From contig CAZBPU010000002.1 in NCBI GenBank assembly GCA_964493845.1, forward strand, positions 1-41,291: DNA of 41,291 bases. Direction: 5' to 3'. This DNA is from an uncultured Sulfurospirillum sp. GTDB lineage: Bacteria > Campylobacterota > Campylobacteria > Campylobacterales > Sulfurospirillaceae. Below the pieces are notes generated by a model, which worked only from the letters and a program-made list of their open reading frames with translations, had not been told where the DNA came from and ran no database searches. The position numbers and the translations under genes are program-made. Shown here in pieces: positions 37,560-41,291 of the stretch (position 1 is the first letter of the stretch; each line of letters begins with the position of its first letter).

Positions 37560-38867
37560 TTATTTTAAAATTGCTTCAAGTTTTTCAATAGACTCATTGA
37601 AACTAAATGCTTCATTTGGGGCTTGTCCAAGAAACTTTTCCATAATATCTTTTTTTGTTATAGCTTCATCGAGTTCTTTATCGTTACCTTTTTGGTAAGC
37701 ACCTATTCTTATAAGCACTTCATTCTCTTTTAAAATTGAATTTAGTCTTTTAAATTTCATTGCTAATTTTTGATGTTTTTCATCTATAACTTCACTCATA
37801 ACTCTTGAAGCACTATTTTGTATGCTTATCGGTGGATATATTCCATAGTCTGTCATTTCTCGAGACAAAACTATATGTCCATCTAAAATACTTCTAGATT
37901 GGTCTGCTATTGGGTCACTTAAATCATCACCTTCAACAAGAACGGTAAAAAATGCTGTAATAGAGCCTTTCCCTTCTTCTTTCCCCGCTCTTTCCATAAG
38001 TTGAGGTAGAAGTGTAAGAACTGAAGGGGGATAACCTTTGGAAGTTGGAGGTTCACCAAGAGCCAATCCAATCTCACGTTGGGCCATAGCAAAACGAGTA
38101 ACAGAGTCCATCATAAAAAGAACATCTTTTCCTTGGTTTTTAAAATACTCAGCAATACTCATAGCACTAAATGCTCCATATTTTCTCATAAGAGGACTAT
38201 CATCACTTGTTGCAACTACTAAAACAGTATTTGTTAAATCACCACCTAGATTTTTATGTATAAATTCTGGTACTTCACGACCACGCTCACCTATAAGTGC
38301 AATCACTTTTATAGGAGCTTCGCTTCCTTGAACTATCATCCCCATAAGGGTTGATTTTCCAACTCCACTTCCAGCAAATATACCTACTTTTTGACCTTTA
38401 CCACAAGTAAGAAGTCCATCTATGGTTTTAACTCCAACTCCAAAAGGTTCATCTATTAAACCTCTTTTCATAGGGTCTAGTGGGGCTTTCATGATAGCTG
38501 AGTAGTGTTTGGTTTTTATCGGAGGTTTGCTATCTTTTGGTCTGCCAAAAGGATCAACTACACGTCCTAAAAGAGCTTCTCCTACGGGAATATTCATACC
38601 TTGACCACTTATGAATACTTTATCTCCACTTTTGAAACCCTCTATAAAACCAAAAGGAGATATAAAAAAAGAGTATTGGTCTATCTCCGTGACCATTCCA
38701 AGCTCACTCTTTAACTCATCTTCAAGGGAGATGAGTTTAACTATATCACCTATACTTGGGCGTAAGCCTTGAGCTTCTATTGTAGTTGAGCTAATTTTTT
38801 TAATAGTTCCAAATTTTGGAGAGAGGTTACCCTCTTTTAATCTCTCTTTGAAACTTTTAAGTGCCAT
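37560..38867 (-). CDS. fliI: flagellar export ATPase FliI
   Basis: AGSGVGKST, IGERGREV, MDSVTRFAMAQREIGL, LDGHIVL, GAYQKG. Confidence 0.93.
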   Translation of the reverse strand: MALKSFKERLKEGNLSPKFGTIKKISSTTIEAQGLRPSIGDIVKLISLEDELKSELGMVTEIDQYSFFISPFGFIEGFKSGDKVFISGQGMNIPVGEALLGRVVDPFGRPKDSKPPIKTKHYSAIMKAPLDPMKRGLIDEPFGVGVKTIDGLLTCGKGQKVGIFAGSGVGKSTLMGMIVQGSEAPIKVIALIGERGREVPEFIHKNLGGDLTNTVLVVATSDDSPLMRKYGAFSAMSIAEYFKNQGKDVLFMMDSVTRFAMAQREIGLALGEPPTSKGYPPSVLTLLPQLMERAGKEEGKGSITAFFTVLVEGDDLSDPIADQSRSILDGHIVLSREMTDYGIYPPISIQNSASRVMSEVIDEKHQKLAMKFKRLNSILKENEVLIRIGAYQKGNDKELDEAITKKDIMEKFLGQAPNEAFSFNESIEKLEAILK

Positions 38868-39448
38868 TAATATCTAGCTTCTGTTGGTGAGTTTATGATG
38901 TCAAAAAACTCTTTTCTTGTTTCAGATTTTAAAAATGCACCACGAAGAGCAGAGGTTGTTGTAGCAGAGTGAGTCTTTCCAACGCCTCTCATCTCCATAC
39001 ACATATGTCTTGCTTGGATTACAACTGCTACTCCTTTTGGGTCTATTACATCATGAATAGCATCTGCAATCTGTTCTGTCAGTTGCTCTTGAATTTGTAA
39101 TCTCTTAGCAAATATATCAACCATACGAGGAATTTTAGATAGACCAACTACTTTTCCATTTGGTATATAAGCAACATGAGCACGCCCTATGATAGGAAGT
39201 AAGTGGTGTTCACACATAGAGTAAAACTCTATATCTTTTATAAGTACCATTTGATTATTGTCTGTCTCAAAAAGTGCATCATTTAGGACAGCAACTGGAT
39301 CTTGATGATACCCTTGAGTCATCTCCATAAAAGATTTAAATACTCTATGAGGAGTTTTGACTAAACCTTCACGCGCTGTATTTTCACCTATGATTTCTAG
39401 CATTGTTTTTACTGCATGTTCAAACTCTTCTTGTCTTTTCATTGTCAA
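38867..39448 (-). CDS. folE: GTP cyclohydrolase I
   Basis: CEHHLLP, GLSKIPR, RLQIQE and HMCMEMRG motifs. The start may be ATG 39442. Confidence 0.97.
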   Translation of the reverse strand: MTMKRQEEFEHAVKTMLEIIGENTAREGLVKTPHRVFKSFMEMTQGYHQDPVAVLNDALFETDNNQMVLIKDIEFYSMCEHHLLPIIGRAHVAYIPNGKVVGLSKIPRMVDIFAKRLQIQEQLTEQIADAIHDVIDPKGVAVVIQARHMCMEMRGVGKTHSATTTSALRGAFLKSETRKEFFDIINSPTEARY

Positions 39449-39577
39449 TTCTTTAGTTTAATTTTAATAGAGATTATATCTTATATTTGCTTTTTTTTAA
39501 AGTTATTAAAATAAAAGCCTACTAAATTAAGCAAAAGTTTAACTCTCCTTTGTTAGTTTATGATATAAAATTACAAA

Positions 39578-41230
39578 ATGGAGTTATTAAAAATGGTATT
39601 TAAACCAAAATTTTTTACATTGTTAAAAAAAGGTATATCAAAAGAACAAATTTTAAAAGACATTATTGCTGGTAGTATTGTAGGAATTGTTGCTTTACCG
39701 CTTGCTATTGCATTTGCTGTAGCAAGTGGTGTATCTCCTGAAAAAGGAATTATAACTGCTATAGTAGCAGGATTGATTATATCTATTTTTGGTGGTAGTA
39801 GAGTTCAAATAGGTGGTCCTACTGGGGCATTTATCATTATATTGTATGGAATAATAGAACAATATGGTATCAATGGACTTTTGATATCTACAATGATGGC
39901 AGGTGTTATTTTAATTATATTTGGATTTTTAAAATTAGGAAATTTACTCAAATATTTTCCTCATCCCTTGATTGTAGGATTTACGAGTGGTATTGCGGTA
40001 GTTATTTTTTCAACACAAGTAAAAGATGCATTAGGGCTACATATCAGTAAATTACCAACAAATTTTTTTGAAAAATGGAATGCTTATTTTATAAATATTG
40101 ATAATATAAATTTTTATGCGTTGAGTATAACACTTATAACTATTTTTATTACTATAAACTTTAAAAAAATAAATTCTAAAATACCAGGCTCTTTTGTGGC
40201 GCTTATTTTACTTACAATTTTAGTAAATATATTAAATTTACCTGTTACAACAATCGAAACTTTTTTTGGTACCATATCTGGTAATATTACATTTTCTATG
40301 CCAAATTTTGAATTAGCAAGTCTCTCTATGTATATAGTACCAGCTTTGATAATTGCTCTACTTGGAAGTGTAGAATCTTTATTATCCGCCGTTGTAGCAG
40401 ATGGTATGATTGGTGGTGCTCATCGCTCTAATACGGAATTAATAGCACAAGGTTTAGCTAATATTATGACTCCATTGTTTGGTGGTATACCAGCAACTGG
40501 AGCGATTGCTAGAACTGCTACAAATATTGAAAATGGAGGCAGAACACCTATAGCAGGTATTGTTCACTCTATAACATTACTTTTAATTATGCTCTTTTTT
40601 ATGAATTTTGCAAAACTTATTCCTATGTCTGTACTATCTGGAATTTTGATAGTGGTAGCTTTTAATATGAGTGAATATAAGTCTTTTATTTCAATACTTA
40701 AAGGGTCACCTTATGATTATATTATTTTGATTACAACTTTTGTATTAACAGTTTTAGTAGATTTGACAGTAGCTATTCAAGTTGGAATAGTACTATCATC
40801 ATTACTATTTATGAAAAGGATGGCTGATGTTGATAAACATGAAATAGTTGTTAGTGATGATGAAAATGATATAGAAAATTATGAAAAATTACCAAAAGAG
40901 ATAGCCGTTTATGAGATAGGAGGACCTCTGTTTTTTGCTTCAGCAAAACAGTATGCACGGATGATTAAAGAACGAGGAGTAAGTGCAAAAATATTGATAA
41001 TTAGGATGAGACATGTAAGTTTTATTGATGCAACTGCTTTACATAATTTTTATGAAACTATAAAGCTACTTAAAGAAAATGGAACTATTATTATTACATC
41101 TGGAACAAATAATGAAATTTTTAAAGAGCTTAAGAAACATAATGTAGTTTCTTTAATAGGCGAACAAAATATGCATAGAACATTTATAAGAGCTGTTAAT
41201 TGTGCAAAATTAAAGTTATCAAAATATTAA
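39578..41230 (+). CDS. SulP/SLC26 anion transporter with STAS domain
   Basis: VALPLAIAFA, QIGGPTGA, GAIARTATNI and STAS GPLFFA...IDATA. An alternative start, ATG 39593, has a GGAG SD. Confidence 0.94.
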   Translation: MELLKMVFKPKFFTLLKKGISKEQILKDIIAGSIVGIVALPLAIAFAVASGVSPEKGIITAIVAGLIISIFGGSRVQIGGPTGAFIIILYGIIEQYGINGLLISTMMAGVILIIFGFLKLGNLLKYFPHPLIVGFTSGIAVVIFSTQVKDALGLHISKLPTNFFEKWNAYFINIDNINFYALSITLITIFITINFKKINSKIPGSFVALILLTILVNILNLPVTTIETFFGTISGNITFSMPNFELASLSMYIVPALIIALLGSVESLLSAVVADGMIGGAHRSNTELIAQGLANIMTPLFGGIPATGAIARTATNIENGGRTPIAGIVHSITLLLIMLFFMNFAKLIPMSVLSGILIVVAFNMSEYKSFISILKGSPYDYIILITTFVLTVLVDLTVAIQVGIVLSSLLFMKRMADVDKHEIVVSDDENDIENYEKLPKEIAVYEIGGPLFFASAKQYARMIKERGVSAKILIIRMRHVSFIDATALHNFYETIKLLKENGTIIITSGTNNEIFKELKKHNVVSLIGEQNMHRTFIRAVNCAKLKLSKY

Positions 41231-41288
41231 TAATTAGATTTAAAGCAAAATTTTGATATATTAAGAAAAATTTTTTTAGAAAAAGGTA

Positions 41289-41291
41289 ATG
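41289..41291 (+). other. probable start codon of the next gene at the window edge
   Basis: AAAAGG SD followed by TA-ATG, with TG-A-TATATT upstream. Confidence 0.35.

Noticed and set aside
37560-38867. Orphan type III secretion ATPase
   Set aside because: The sequence fits FliI, and flagellar genes are normally scattered in Campylobacterota, so isolation is unremarkable.

Overview
AT-rich chromosomal window from a flagellated Campylobacterota (epsilonproteobacterium). The phylum is inferred from the NifS/NifU Fe-S system, the folE-fliI linkage, a DUF1104-like gene and TGnTATAAT-type promoters. In order, it holds: the 5' tip of rpsT; glmM-lspA-2-hydroxyacid dehydrogenase; an anchor-less SdhA/SdhB-like pair; a two-component system with a DUF1104-like gene, an FmdE-like gene and a MacAB-TolC-like exporter; a stand-alone ZorA/ZorB-like (MotA/MotB-OmpA family) pair; yajQ, marC-family and DMT genes; a complete soxCDXYZAKB cluster with four accessory genes (degenerate MBL-fold, exported DsrE, cytochrome c-thioredoxin fusion, MOSC); a moxR-DUF58-bat operon; an acyl-CoA synthetase; nifSU; fliI-folE; and a SulP transporter. 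I saw no rRNA, tRNA, CRISPR array, integrase or transposase. The best leads are (1) a shared (T/G)TAAC-N6-(T/G)TAAC operator placed 15-16 bp before four -10 boxes, defining a candidate self-contained regulon; (2) the effector-less Zorya-like motor; (3) a Sox cluster whose XYZAK block looks like the type III SoxAXK form, with unusual periplasmic redox accessories; and (4) a soluble flavoprotein/Fe-S pair lacking the covalent-FAD His and any anchor subunit. All family calls come from motif recognition by eye, with no database search.
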